A stretch of DNA of 63,814 bases, counting the filler, from Syncephalis fuscata S228 (lineage: Eukaryota; Fungi; Zoopagomycota): NCBI GenBank assembly GCA_025786725.1. It is 5 parts of 5 records of this genome, joined end to end, with 100 filler letters (N's around TTAATTAATTAA, not from the genome) between each part and the next. Parts side by side here need not be neighbours in the genome. Positions count along the whole stretch, not along the records: positions 37,493 to 54,797 come from JAHLTZ010000195.1; positions 54,898 to 63,814 come from JAHLTZ010000316.1; 3 more parts are not named here. One strand, 5' to 3'. Below are positions 52,753 through 63,050 of the stretch, piece by piece (the stretch's first letter is position 1; every line of letters begins with the position of its first letter). Both the position numbers and the translations under genes were made by a program. The notes below the pieces were generated by a model. That model saw only the letters and a list, made by a program, of their open reading frames with translations. It did no database searches and had not been told where the DNA came from.

Positions 52753-53421
52753 ATGATAGCTTGGGCCAGTATTATTTTTGTTGCTATTCTCGGTCTTGGT
52801 ACAATTGAAAGTGCACTGGCCCACATGAGCCTAGCGACACCAATTCCGCGTGGCAGTCTCAAAAACACCGGATATCCAGTAGACTACAATCTTCAAGCTC
52901 CACTTAATAATGTGGCATTTCCTGGTGATTTTCTTTGCCGTCACAGACAACGAGGTCCAATTACGGCAATCTACGACGCTGGCCAGTCCATTTATGTTGA
53001 TTTTGATATAAACAATCCACATAAAGGTGGTCATTGCCAATTTGGTTTTTCATACGACAACGAAAATTTTGTGGTGCTAAGGACGGTGTTTCGCGATTGC
53101 TTTGATGTATTCAACTACAACATTCTGATTCCTGCAGGTGCCAGGGGTGGCGATGCCGTATTCAGCTGGAGCTGGGTCAATGCTGATGGAAATCGCGAAT
53201 TTTACATGAACTGTGCCGATATTCATATCAATGGGCCGTTGGACGGCAGCGTAACTGGCCAGAGAGTAATGGTTGCCAACATGCCAAACACGCCATTCAT
53301 TGACCAATGGATCTATGGAAAGGGCACTGATGGTTATGAATATTATAAGCAGTGTCCGGTCATTACTATCCCTTCGAACGCTCAACCGCGTGCTAATGGT
53401 CGTGTTAATGATCGTTATTAA
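52753..53421 (+). CDS. Secreted AA11-like lytic polysaccharide monooxygenase (putatively chitin-active)
   Basis: Signal peptide ending ESALA followed by His1 (HMSLATPIPRG); PHKGGHCQFGFSYD; FSWSWVN...NREFYMNCADI; intronless. Confidence 0.88.
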   Translation: MIAWASIIFVAILGLGTIESALAHMSLATPIPRGSLKNTGYPVDYNLQAPLNNVAFPGDFLCRHRQRGPITAIYDAGQSIYVDFDINNPHKGGHCQFGFSYDNENFVVLRTVFRDCFDVFNYNILIPAGARGGDAVFSWSWVNADGNREFYMNCADIHINGPLDGSVTGQRVMVANMPNTPFIDQWIYGKGTDGYEYYKQCPVITIPSNAQPRANGRVNDRY

Positions 53422-53645
53422 TAAATCTCATTTTATTATTTACGATTAATGTGATTTTTAAACATACAATATTGCTGATTCAACTATGATGTTTTCAATT
53501 GATACATTTCCATTCTTGTAATTTTTATTAAACTGTGTCCATATTTATTAATCACTAATTTCACTTTACTAGTTTACTTTAATAACGACTAGGAAACATC
53601 ATACCAATATATTTGCTTTATTCTAAAACCTTAAATTCAAAAAGC

Positions 53646-54797
53646 CTATTCTTGAGCCAAATCTAAAGGTAAATTCCATTCTGTAAAACACTGACGTCGA
53701 ACCTCCTCTTGATTGGTGCATGGTGGCAATTGACTAAAATATGGTCAGTATTAACCTTCAACTAGCACTCGCATGCTATTATTACTTACGGATTTTTTAT
53801 ATAACGCAGTATTTGTTTTAATGCAGTTGTCTGACGGCAAGCAAGTCTATAGAATGATGAAGCATTAATAAAATAGGCATACATGTCAGTCAACCTACCT
53901 TTGATTGCAATCTTTTAACCAGTTAATAAAAGCACCATCATTCTTTACCACACTCGTGTTTAGTATACTCTGCAGTTTCACTGTTGAATTTGGATCTTTA
54001 GAAATATCCTCAAGCATACGGTTAGTTTGAGTAAGTTTCTCTATAACTTGTGGAGCTCGTTGTTGAAAATTGATGCCTATAAATATCTAGCACTTTTATT
54101 AGCTGATTAGTCATGACAGAACAAATAGCTTACCGTTCTGCGTTGGCTGGTCGGCTACAAACAGGTTTACAATGTGAATTTTTTCAAACGACTGGTAAAG
54201 TACATATAATAATTCAACCGTGCATGGATGATGCAAATCAAAGAACTTGCAAACAAACGTGCCACCACGCGTAACACTCGAAGCATGACGTTAATTTCAT
54301 TAAAATCAAATGCAATGATAACGTCTCTTGTTCTTGCTCTTTTCCAGTGACATCAAATGCCTATTAAGTATCACAGAAAAACTGTTTGTTAATAGCACTT
54401 CATTATTTGCCGTAAAACAACTTACACCATCAGCCACTACTATATCCACGCCTTGTTGATTTGTCTCGTTGAATACCACATTGGCAAAATGATCAGATAT
54501 CTGCTGATTGCACAAATCACCTAGTGTAAATAAAGTTAGTACACAATAATTATAAGTACATCTGCATATATAACAATTACCAGTATCATTAGGACTTTTG
54601 CCATAAATAATAGTAAGATTCTGACGTGCAAGTGCATCGGCATGAAATTGATCCAAGTTAAAGTCTTTCTCTTCTCCGGCTCCTGATGCTGCACTCAGCG
54701 TAATCGCCCATCCTTTGCCTCCTCTCCCCAGGTATGACGACGCCATAACATATATTCTACCAATAATCAATGATTTGTGTTCTTTGTTAAATGTTTT
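53646..54797 (-). CDS. CMTR1: Cap-specific mRNA 2'-O-methyltransferase (CMTR1-like, FtsJ/RrmJ fold), 3' part; two apparent 1-nt deletions near 54270-54300
   Basis: KGWAITL, YGKSPNDTGDL, GVDIVVADGAFDVTGKEQEQE, GGTFVCKFFD, KPVCSRPANAERY; C-terminus NQEEVRRQCFTEWNLP. Confidence 0.82.
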
Positions 54798-54897
54798 NNN
54801 NNNNNNNNNNNNNNNNNNNNNNNNNNNNNNNNNNNNNNNNNTTAATTAATTAANNNNNNNNNNNNNNNNNNNNNNNNNNNNNNNNNNNNNNNNNNNN
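54798..54897. other. Artificial contig linker
   Basis: N-run + TTAATTAATTAA + N-run. Confidence 0.97.
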
Positions 54898-55130
54898 CTT
54901 GGTAGTAGATCGGGGCAAGCAAGAATGTTATCTAGCGTGATAGATGAAGCTTGTGGCTCATGTTGGCTACTACGCGGTATTGGTGTTGGTTGCCACGAGG
55001 CAATTCTATCCCGATAGGCATTCAAGTGTGGAATAGTAGTGGGCGATGGCGGTGGCGGATAAAGAGATGTAGGCGATGTAGGATGTGATAGAGATAAATA
55101 AAGTGGAATAGACGTTTCATTAAGTGTTTT
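54898..55130 (-). repeat. Inverted, apparently identical copy of 61900-62132 at the contig start (probable chimera)
   Basis: The reverse complement matches coding sequence of the second 7TM-RGS gene (aaaacacttaatgaaacgtc...gatctactaccaag). Confidence 0.9.
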
Positions 55131-55628
55131 GTCAAATGTTTTAATATCAATTTAATAAAAAATACTATTAATATCAAATGACTTTAACTTATGACAATAG
55201 CTTAACTCAGCAGATTTATGACAAAAGTTGTAATTGTATAAACTCTGATAATAAATTAAAATGAATTGGCTTATAAAAGCCATCTTTATTATTATTTAAG
55301 CAGCAGTATTATGTATTTATAGCATTATTGAATAATAAAAGTTACAAAGCTAAAAATTACTGATGGGAAAAAGTTAATTACAATAAATGCAACAATTTTA
55401 ATTTAAAACTTTGCTGATTTACGTAATTTAGTTAATTGTAGCAATATTAGATTGTGCTAACCATTAATAAAAATAATTTAATTTAATAATGCTATTATAA
55501 TATCATGCAATTAGTTAGATTTTATTACACAAATACAAATTAATATCTAAATACTAAAAGTCTTCAACAGTTACTGATAGTTTAGAAAAGCGGCGATACA
55601 TTTGTGAATTAACCAATAATATCTATAG

Positions 55629-56615
55629 GCGCAACAAAGCAGGCGGCACAAGCTTCTCTGGTTGTGCCTATCGCTACAGGTATGGCCATATCGCTGTGCT
55701 TGGCCACTTTGCGGAATCAGCGACCAAATGCACGCTATGTCATCTGGCCACGTATTGATCAGAAATCCGCATTTAAGGCTATTCTAAGTGCTGGTATGTG
55801 TTTTGCCGGCACAGTCTAGTATAACGCTTATTAACAAACGTAGCTAGGCCTAGAGCCTGTTATTGTGGCAAATCGTCTTAATGGAGATCAAGTATGCACG
55901 GACATGGATGCGCTAGAAAAGACGGTGAACGCCATGAGGCCAGAGTCCATTGTCTGCATACTCTCGACTACGAGTTGCTTTGCACCGCGCATTCCTGATA
56001 AGTAAGCTACATAAGCTATGCTAAAAAAAAGTCCTGCATACTGATTTAGTTAAACAGCTTAAGTCGCATATCTCAACTGTGTGCCAAATTCAATATTCCT
56101 CACTTAGTAAACAATGCCTATGGTGTGCAATCACGTCGCTGCATGAACGCTGTATCAGAGGCAGCACGCCACATGTACACAAAGGAAGTAAAGGATCCAT
56201 TGTTGCTTGTAGTTCAAAGTACTGACAAGAACTTTCTAGTTCCTGTAAGTATACAGATTCAACAAACCATCTCGTCGCTGACTAATACTCGTTCAGGTTG
56301 GCGGCGCTGTTGTCTTTAGTCCCAGCAAAACGCTTTTGGTCAACGTGGCAAAATCCTATCCTGGCCGTGCATCAATAACACCCATTCTAGATGTATTCAT
56401 CACGTTACTCACACTAGGTGAAACTGGCTATCGCAAGTTGTTAAGCGATCGCAAGGTAAGACCACGTTTTGCGTTTGTAATAGCAATAAAGCCAATTACC
56501 GACTGGTAGGAAGTCTACGATTATCTTTCTGACCAGTTGTCAGCGATTGCAGTCGAGCTAGGCACGCGTGTGCTAGACACGCCACGTAATGATATTTCAA
56601 TGGGTAGGTTGCGTG

Positions 56616-56657
<42 letters not shown>

Positions 56658-57112
56658 CTCGGACCATCATATCCATATAAGCTAAGCAATACCTGTTAGC
56701 ACTATCGCTTGAGCCTTTATTGGCCAGCGGAAAATCATTAACGGATTTAGGCGCTATGCTATTTGCCCATCGAGTCACTGGAGCAAGGTAACCCCGCGTA
56801 TTACAATCTGCCATATTAAATTAATATTTCCATTTTTATAGAGTTGTTACAAGCACAGATATCAAGCAGATTGACCGGTTTAAGTTTGAAGGATATGGCG
56901 CACATATAGATATCTATGGCCCGACAGCTTCTACAAGCTCGGTCAACTCAGCGGTGTGCACAGCACAGCAGAAAGTGAGTACTGTTTGCCCGTATATGAC
57001 CGTAGCAGCAGCACAGGGCATGCATAAAGAAGAGGTCGATTTATTAATTCGTCGATTACAATCTGTTTGGCAGACCTTTTGCACCAAAGTTGACAAAACA
57101 AATAAAGAATAA
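55629..57112 (+). CDS. SEPSECS: O-phosphoseryl-tRNA(Sec) selenium transferase (selenocysteine synthase, SepSecS); 7 visible exons, N-terminal portion not found
   Basis: Spliced translation [66 protein letters not shown] (PLP Lys), [40 protein letters not shown]; no stop or frameshift seen. Confidence 0.95.
56618..56656. repeat. (AC)n microsatellite within a SepSecS intron
   Basis: About 19 AC units. Confidence 0.95.
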
Positions 57113-57902
57113 TCTATTGGTTTTATTAACTAATTAACAATGGGAAGATTTACGTCAAATCCGTATTTTTAAATCATTCAGTCATTATATTTTATAACAA
57201 AGACTGTAGAAAGTATTTCGGTACCCGTGTCAAGCTTAAAATTTTGTTGCTGAATTATTATTGGGCCCAATTAGGCAATGCCGTCATTTAAACTCGTGGC
57301 AGCAATTACTATTTTATTCGAATTGCCAAACTAGGCAGTGTACATGTGAGGCGCATCCGTATTGCTTTGCCGATTTTTAAGTTATAGCTCCGATTTTTAA
57401 TGCCGCTCACCTGAGAATAGTTCGGACAACTAAAGATCGAAAATATAGCGAGAAAAAAACGAAAATAGCCACCATAATAGTTTTCCTTTGACAAAACAAC
57501 TGTATGGCCACGTGCTCGTACTTTTAACAGCTAATGGAAGGCTACTAGAAAATTATATTAGCTGATTCTTGCACTCAACTCCGTCTATCCCAGTTAAACA
57601 CTTGCTGTCCTTGTCCTTTCTATTCTACCGTCTTTCCTTCTTTTTTATTACGACCAATATTTGCGATAGTTGTATAACCTATTCTTCGGTATAGACTATA
57701 CGGCTTCGATAACGAGTTTCATTCTACATCAACAACATAGCAAGCGTGACGCGCCGTTGACGGCGATTGCCGATAACCACTGAGCTTCCTCGCTTTAATC
57801 ATTTATTTTTGCTTATTACTTAGACAAACAACTTATATATACGCGTTCGTACAGCCACCATACACGCAGCAATAGCAACAGCAATAACCGGTATTTTTGA
57901 TC

Positions 57903-59948
57903 ATGGCATCTCCCGCTAAAATAGCTATGGCTTTAGAACAATCGGCCAACATATCTCTCTTTGGTGATACTCGCCAAATAGTCTACTTTACAGCGATTCC
58001 AGTCATTCTCGTGGTTATCCTTGGCACAACACTACACTTCCTCTACCGACGTCATCACCCGATTATTTACAATCGTGATGTTCCGCTTACTTTACTCAAC
58101 ATTATGGCCAATGCCATTGTCAGTGTTTTACATTTGACTAAAACAATTAACTACTACAACTATCCTTGCTTTATTATGCTATGGATTCCAGCAATCGTCT
58201 ATCCTCTTTATATTCTAACCATTTTTGCCCGCCTAACACGCATTATCTTCATGTATCGGCTTAGCGAAGCAAGATTACAGGCTATAGATCTTCGCACGCT
58301 ACCCATGAGAAGCTACAATGGTCTCGGTTCCTCTATGAGAGAAATGGATCAGGAAAAGCTTACCAACACAAATTCGTGGGAAGTGCCGCATGATGATATG
58401 GCCATGAATATGCACCATATTACATTATCGACGCCTGACAATCAATGTAAACCAAATATGAAGTCATTTGATAATGTACCATCGCATTGCCATTGGTCAC
58501 TATCCTATCGACGTCGCTTTACTACACGTGCCTTATGTATATCCATCGGTATACTGCTAATTGTCCACGTTGTGTTAACACTTATCATGCAGCTGCGCTA
58601 TCCATCTGAATTTACTTGGATGCCAGCTAAACTCGGCCGCTGTGGTCATTCTGCCGCCTATCTACCTTTGTGGATTAGCTGCGGCTTCTATATTATCTTT
58701 ATTGCGCCATTTATCGTATATCACGCACGCGGTATTCACGACGCCTACGGCATTCGTGTAGAGCACTTTTTTGCTCAAGGTATTGCGCTGTTCTTCTTTG
58801 CTCTCTATTTTCTTTTTAAATGGCTTGGCTTCGATAACAACAACGTATTTCCCGCCGCTATGTGGCTCGTCATTGGTACGCTTATCGCCCATCTATGGAC
58901 GGTAGCTCGACCAGCCTGGCTGGCTGAGCGTCACATTAAAGGTAATCGCAAAAATAGCTGCGACTCCCTTGAGCGTATTCAAGGCATTGCCGAATTCAAA
59001 ATGCTACTTGACGATCCAATATGGCGTCGTGAATTCCGCCTTTATTCAGTTCGTGACTTTTCCGTTGAAAATATTTTATTTTATGAAGAAGTAATGCGAC
59101 TTCAAATCGATCGCTATTCCACTCATCGGTCAAATTCTTTATTTAAAGATGATCACGAGCTTGCTACCATTCCCGAGACATCTGCCGAAGGTATGGACTT
59201 GCCAGCGATGGCTTCATTGCCCAAGTCTGAATACACAGACAATTCATCTGTATTCTCTCCAGAACTGGCCCGTAGCCGTTCATTTAGCCGTTCATCGCAA
59301 GTATCCGAGGCCCATACCTTGGGCGGATTTTCAGAAGATGAAATTCTTACCTATTGCAATGCACACCAGCAGGATGACAACTATGGCCACAACAAAAGAC
59401 TCGACCCACTTGATGCCATTCGTCACAACCGATTGCGTGTCCGATCATTGGGTGCCATTACTACGGTAGCCAATTACATGAGCGAGCAGGCCCGACATCA
59501 CTCGGTCCCACCAATGCTCACACATTCGGACTCACTCGACAATGATTTAGATTTGGAACCAAAACCATTGCCCCGAGAACTGATTAATGGCTTGCGGGAA
59601 ATTTATAAACTATTCTTGCGGCCCGATGCCGAGTACGAATTAAATCTGTCCCATCAAGTACGCCGTAATGTGTTGCAGCAATTTGAACAAAATGATTTGA
59701 CCGCCGACATACTACAACCGGCAGTGACCGAAATCCTTATGCTGATGTACTTGAACACATATCCTCGTTTTCTCGACTGGATCGACCGTCAAGGCTCAAA
59801 AAATCACATTTCCCGTCGTGGCAGTTCAAAATGCTGGTCTCTAAACTCCTCGGTGGTTGGTCGCAAGACACGTGCAGCATTTGGAGTCGATTCTGACGAA
59901 TTACGGTCTGGACTTGCTTTGAGAATGGCCAAAGAAAACGGCTGGTAA
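57903..59948 (+). CDS. 7TM-RGS protein (GprK/AtRGS1-like), intronless
   Basis: Seven hydrophobic segments, 'YPCFIMLW', 'IHDAYGIR'; RGS motifs 'LLDDPIWRREFRLYSVRDFSVENILFYEEV' and 'IYKLFLRPDAEYELNLS...LMYLNTYPRFL'. Confidence 0.92.
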   Translation: MASPAKIAMALEQSANISLFGDTRQIVYFTAIPVILVVILGTTLHFLYRRHHPIIYNRDVPLTLLNIMANAIVSVLHLTKTINYYNYPCFIMLWIPAIVYPLYILTIFARLTRIIFMYRLSEARLQAIDLRTLPMRSYNGLGSSMREMDQEKLTNTNSWEVPHDDMAMNMHHITLSTPDNQCKPNMKSFDNVPSHCHWSLSYRRRFTTRALCISIGILLIVHVVLTLIMQLRYPSEFTWMPAKLGRCGHSAAYLPLWISCGFYIIFIAPFIVYHARGIHDAYGIRVEHFFAQGIALFFFALYFLFKWLGFDNNNVFPAAMWLVIGTLIAHLWTVARPAWLAERHIKGNRKNSCDSLERIQGIAEFKMLLDDPIWRREFRLYSVRDFSVENILFYEEVMRLQIDRYSTHRSNSLFKDDHELATIPETSAEGMDLPAMASLPKSEYTDNSSVFSPELARSRSFSRSSQVSEAHTLGGFSEDEILTYCNAHQQDDNYGHNKRLDPLDAIRHNRLRVRSLGAITTVANYMSEQARHHSVPPMLTHSDSLDNDLDLEPKPLPRELINGLREIYKLFLRPDAEYELNLSHQVRRNVLQQFEQNDLTADILQPAVTEILMLMYLNTYPRFLDWIDRQGSKNHISRRGSSKCWSLNSSVVGRKTRAAFGVDSDELRSGLALRMAKENGW

Positions 59949-60612
59949 TACGATTGCATTTTAATACACTCTTTCTTAGTTATTTACCATTGGTGTTTAA
60001 ACAATGTCCATGTGCAACTATGTATCTTTAATTGTCATTGTACCATTTCGTTTATAGACACACGTGCAGAACAAGCTATACTAACACGTGGGATCGTCTT
60101 TTTTAATTGCTTTTTCTTTCGCTAATTACATATATAGACTGGTCCGTGTTTATCCTTGAGTTTTTCCCCATTCTTGTTAACACATCCTTGTACCGTTTCG
60201 AGCACGGCATTTTTCATATTTAATCCTATTCTATTGCCTCTACGCTTCGCTATCCATACATCCACTTTTTCCATTCATTACTATCTATTAAATGAACAAT
60301 TGCTACATTTGTGGGCCAATAATTTATTGTTATTTTCGTAGAAGTTATATTAAATTTAAGCCATATTCATTTTAGATACACCATTTACGCAACTCGATGT
60401 TCTGACGTACTGCTAAAACCAATATATTTTGTCGCCGCTACCATTCTACCAGCTCTACTAACCAATCACCTATTCTACCATCGCTATCACATTAACGCGT
60501 ATTTAAATCCCACGCGTAAATCATTGATGAATTTGTCTGATTCTGGACGCAGACCTTGAACAAAATCGTAAATTTAAACTTATTACTTCTGGCTATACTT
60601 TATAATTCTATT

Positions 60613-62922
60613 ATGACAGCCGCCCTTAGTGTACTTAGCCCATACTCACGCCAAGTAGTCTACTACACTACGACAGCCGTATGGCTAGTATTTCTTGCAT
60701 TGACTTCATTTCTATTCTACCGATTCCGACGACATCCAGCCATTCAACACCGCGATGTAGCACTTACCATGGTAAGTATTACGGCTAATACGGTATTTTC
60801 CGTACACTATTTGGTCAAAATCCCACTGGCTGGCAACTATCCCTGTGCACTCCACCTTTGGATACCCATTGCGTTTATGCCACTATGGCTTATGACGTTA
60901 CTTGCTCGACTCACCCGCATTATTGCTGCTTATCGCCTGGGCGAAGCAAGACTTTACGCGGTCGAACAAACACAAGACACTAAACTGAACGACGACACTA
61001 ATACACTATCACCTTTGTCACATTCTACTGACCGACGATCCAGTATACGACATACCGTAAACAAATTATTGCGAACTACAAGTACACATGAACCAATGAT
61101 GGGTCGTAGAACACCCAATAGTATACCGATGATAAAAAAGAAAGCATCATCGTCGTCGACGACTGCTTGTACATTTAATTCAAACAAAGGTTACGAAGAA
61201 CGAAGCGACTGGCCAGGTAGTCATGAACATACGCGTAACCTGTCATCTGTCTCTACCGAGAATGACGTCGACATTAATGTCGTGGTAGATCCAGACCGGG
61301 CCTATGCCACGCTTACTTCCCCTCGATCGGCCCATTGGACATTTGTTTATCGTCAGCATTTGACAACACCTTCACTTGTACGAATGATTATTGTTCTTGA
61401 ACTTATTATTCTTATTGGTGCCGTCTTTTTCCACTATATGTTCCGTGATGCCTTCTTTTATCGCCCCGATGGCTCATGTGGCAGCTCGCCCACCTATACG
61501 TATATCTGGGTCGTTGCCGGTATCTATTTAGTGCTAGTCACGCCAGCACTTATTTATGCCGCACGAGATGTACACGATGCCTGGGGCATTCGCAATGAAT
61601 TAGTACTATGCGATATTATTGGTATTATATCGTGCATTCTATTCGGTATATTCCGTATAGATGGATGGGGCGATGATTCAACCTGGCCTGCTGCTTTGTG
61701 GATTTTATGGGGAGCGAGTTTTACACATGTGTGGACAGTAGCTCGCCCAGCCATTAGAGCTGCATGTGATTTACGCGATATCAAACACTATAAGCCACGA
61801 AACATGTCATTGGATCACGTCAATAATACGATGAGCTGCACTAATGTACCGCAAATGATAACACCGCAAATACGACGTATTCCTTCCTCCATAAGCCATA
61901 AAACACTTAATGAAACGTCTATTCCACTTTATTTATCTCTATCACATCCTACATCGCCTACATCTCTTTATCCGCCACCGCCATCGCCCACTACTATTCC
62001 ACACTTGAATGCCTATCGGGATAGAATTGCCTCGTGGCAACCAACACCAATACCGCGTAGTAGCCAACATGAGCCACAAGCTTCATCTATCACGCTAGAT
62101 AACATTCTTGCTTGCCCCGATCTACTACCAAGATTCCGATCGTTTTGCATGCACGATCTTAGTCTTGAATCACTTTTATTCTACGAAACTGTCACTCATC
62201 TTCAGGCCCGTATTACTGGTATCGACCGAGCACCAAGATATGACCTGCATCATCATCATCGATCATCACCGATGACGGATACACATGGTCGACCTGCCCA
62301 TTGGGAGGATAATCTTTCCGTACGCCAGTCTTACTTGTTAGCTGATCGTGCACCAACACCGCCACCACCATCGGCCCGATCAGCGTATAACTTTCCCCTT
62401 CGATCACCAACACTTACGACACTGCCTGCTGCACAGCCAATGGTCTCATCGTCATCATCACCACCATCGTCACCACTATCACCATCATTTAACATGACCA
62501 CTTCTAGTGGTGGCGGTGGTGGTGGTAGTATGACCATACGTCGTCCTCCGCTTTCCCGTGCCGCTACCAACATTCAACTGCGCAATATCGTTGATGCTTT
62601 TATTCGTCCTGGTGCACCCTACGAAGTACCGGTATCTACGCCACTACGTGAACGACTACTACAACGAGTCGATCGCAGTCTTTATCCCCAAAGTAACGAA
62701 TCAACGCCAGATATAATGGAATCGGGTCTACAACACCAACAACAATACCATAGAGATTGTAGTCTCGTTGATTTATACGAAGCAGCCAACGAAATACGTC
62801 AACAACTGGAAGATCATTCAGTGGTACGTTTTCGTCAAGAATACATTAAACTAGTAAAAAGCTCGAACAACTGTCCCACCACACCTGTAAGTCGATGGCG
62901 CCAATGGATTCGCGTCTGGTAA
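60613..62922 (+). CDS. Second 7TM-RGS protein (tandem paralog), intronless
   Basis: 'YPCALHLW', 'VHDAWGIR'; RGS motifs 'ILACPDLLPRFRSFCMHDLSLESLLFYE' and 'IVDAFIRPGAPYEVPVS...LEDHSVVRF'. Confidence 0.9.
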   Translation: MTAALSVLSPYSRQVVYYTTTAVWLVFLALTSFLFYRFRRHPAIQHRDVALTMVSITANTVFSVHYLVKIPLAGNYPCALHLWIPIAFMPLWLMTLLARLTRIIAAYRLGEARLYAVEQTQDTKLNDDTNTLSPLSHSTDRRSSIRHTVNKLLRTTSTHEPMMGRRTPNSIPMIKKKASSSSTTACTFNSNKGYEERSDWPGSHEHTRNLSSVSTENDVDINVVVDPDRAYATLTSPRSAHWTFVYRQHLTTPSLVRMIIVLELIILIGAVFFHYMFRDAFFYRPDGSCGSSPTYTYIWVVAGIYLVLVTPALIYAARDVHDAWGIRNELVLCDIIGIISCILFGIFRIDGWGDDSTWPAALWILWGASFTHVWTVARPAIRAACDLRDIKHYKPRNMSLDHVNNTMSCTNVPQMITPQIRRIPSSISHKTLNETSIPLYLSLSHPTSPTSLYPPPPSPTTIPHLNAYRDRIASWQPTPIPRSSQHEPQASSITLDNILACPDLLPRFRSFCMHDLSLESLLFYETVTHLQARITGIDRAPRYDLHHHHRSSPMTDTHGRPAHWEDNLSVRQSYLLADRAPTPPPPSARSAYNFPLRSPTLTTLPAAQPMVSSSSSPPSSPLSPSFNMTTSSGGGGGGSMTIRRPPLSRAATNIQLRNIVDAFIRPGAPYEVPVSTPLRERLLQRVDRSLYPQSNESTPDIMESGLQHQQQYHRDCSLVDLYEAANEIRQQLEDHSVVRFRQEYIKLVKSSNNCPTTPVSRWRQWIRVW

Positions 62923-63050
62923 TACTATTATGTGTGTATGCATGTGCGTTTATGTATCTACTTGTTCATTCAATTTATAAATCTATTATGCTATCCATTA
63001 TAGTCTTTATTAAATCACAACCACAATCAAAATGTATAATGATAGTAGTA

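Noticed and set aside
9512-54897. Four TTAATTAATTAA palindromes as biological elements, and gene clustering across them
   Set aside because: Each is centred in a 100-nt N block, i.e. a synthetic linker; ORFs crossing them and cross-contig adjacency are artefacts.
19676-57112. Functional link between the phosphoserine phosphatase and SepSecS (both involve phosphoserine)
   Set aside because: They are on different contigs, and free phosphoserine versus tRNA-bound Sep are separate pathways.
59097-59109. tRNA-Sec-like anticodon loop (cgaCTTCAAAtcg)
   Set aside because: Only a 3-bp stem, inside the RGS coding region, with no D or T arms. I found no tRNA-Sec, SECIS or convincing UGA-containing selenoprotein in the window by eye.
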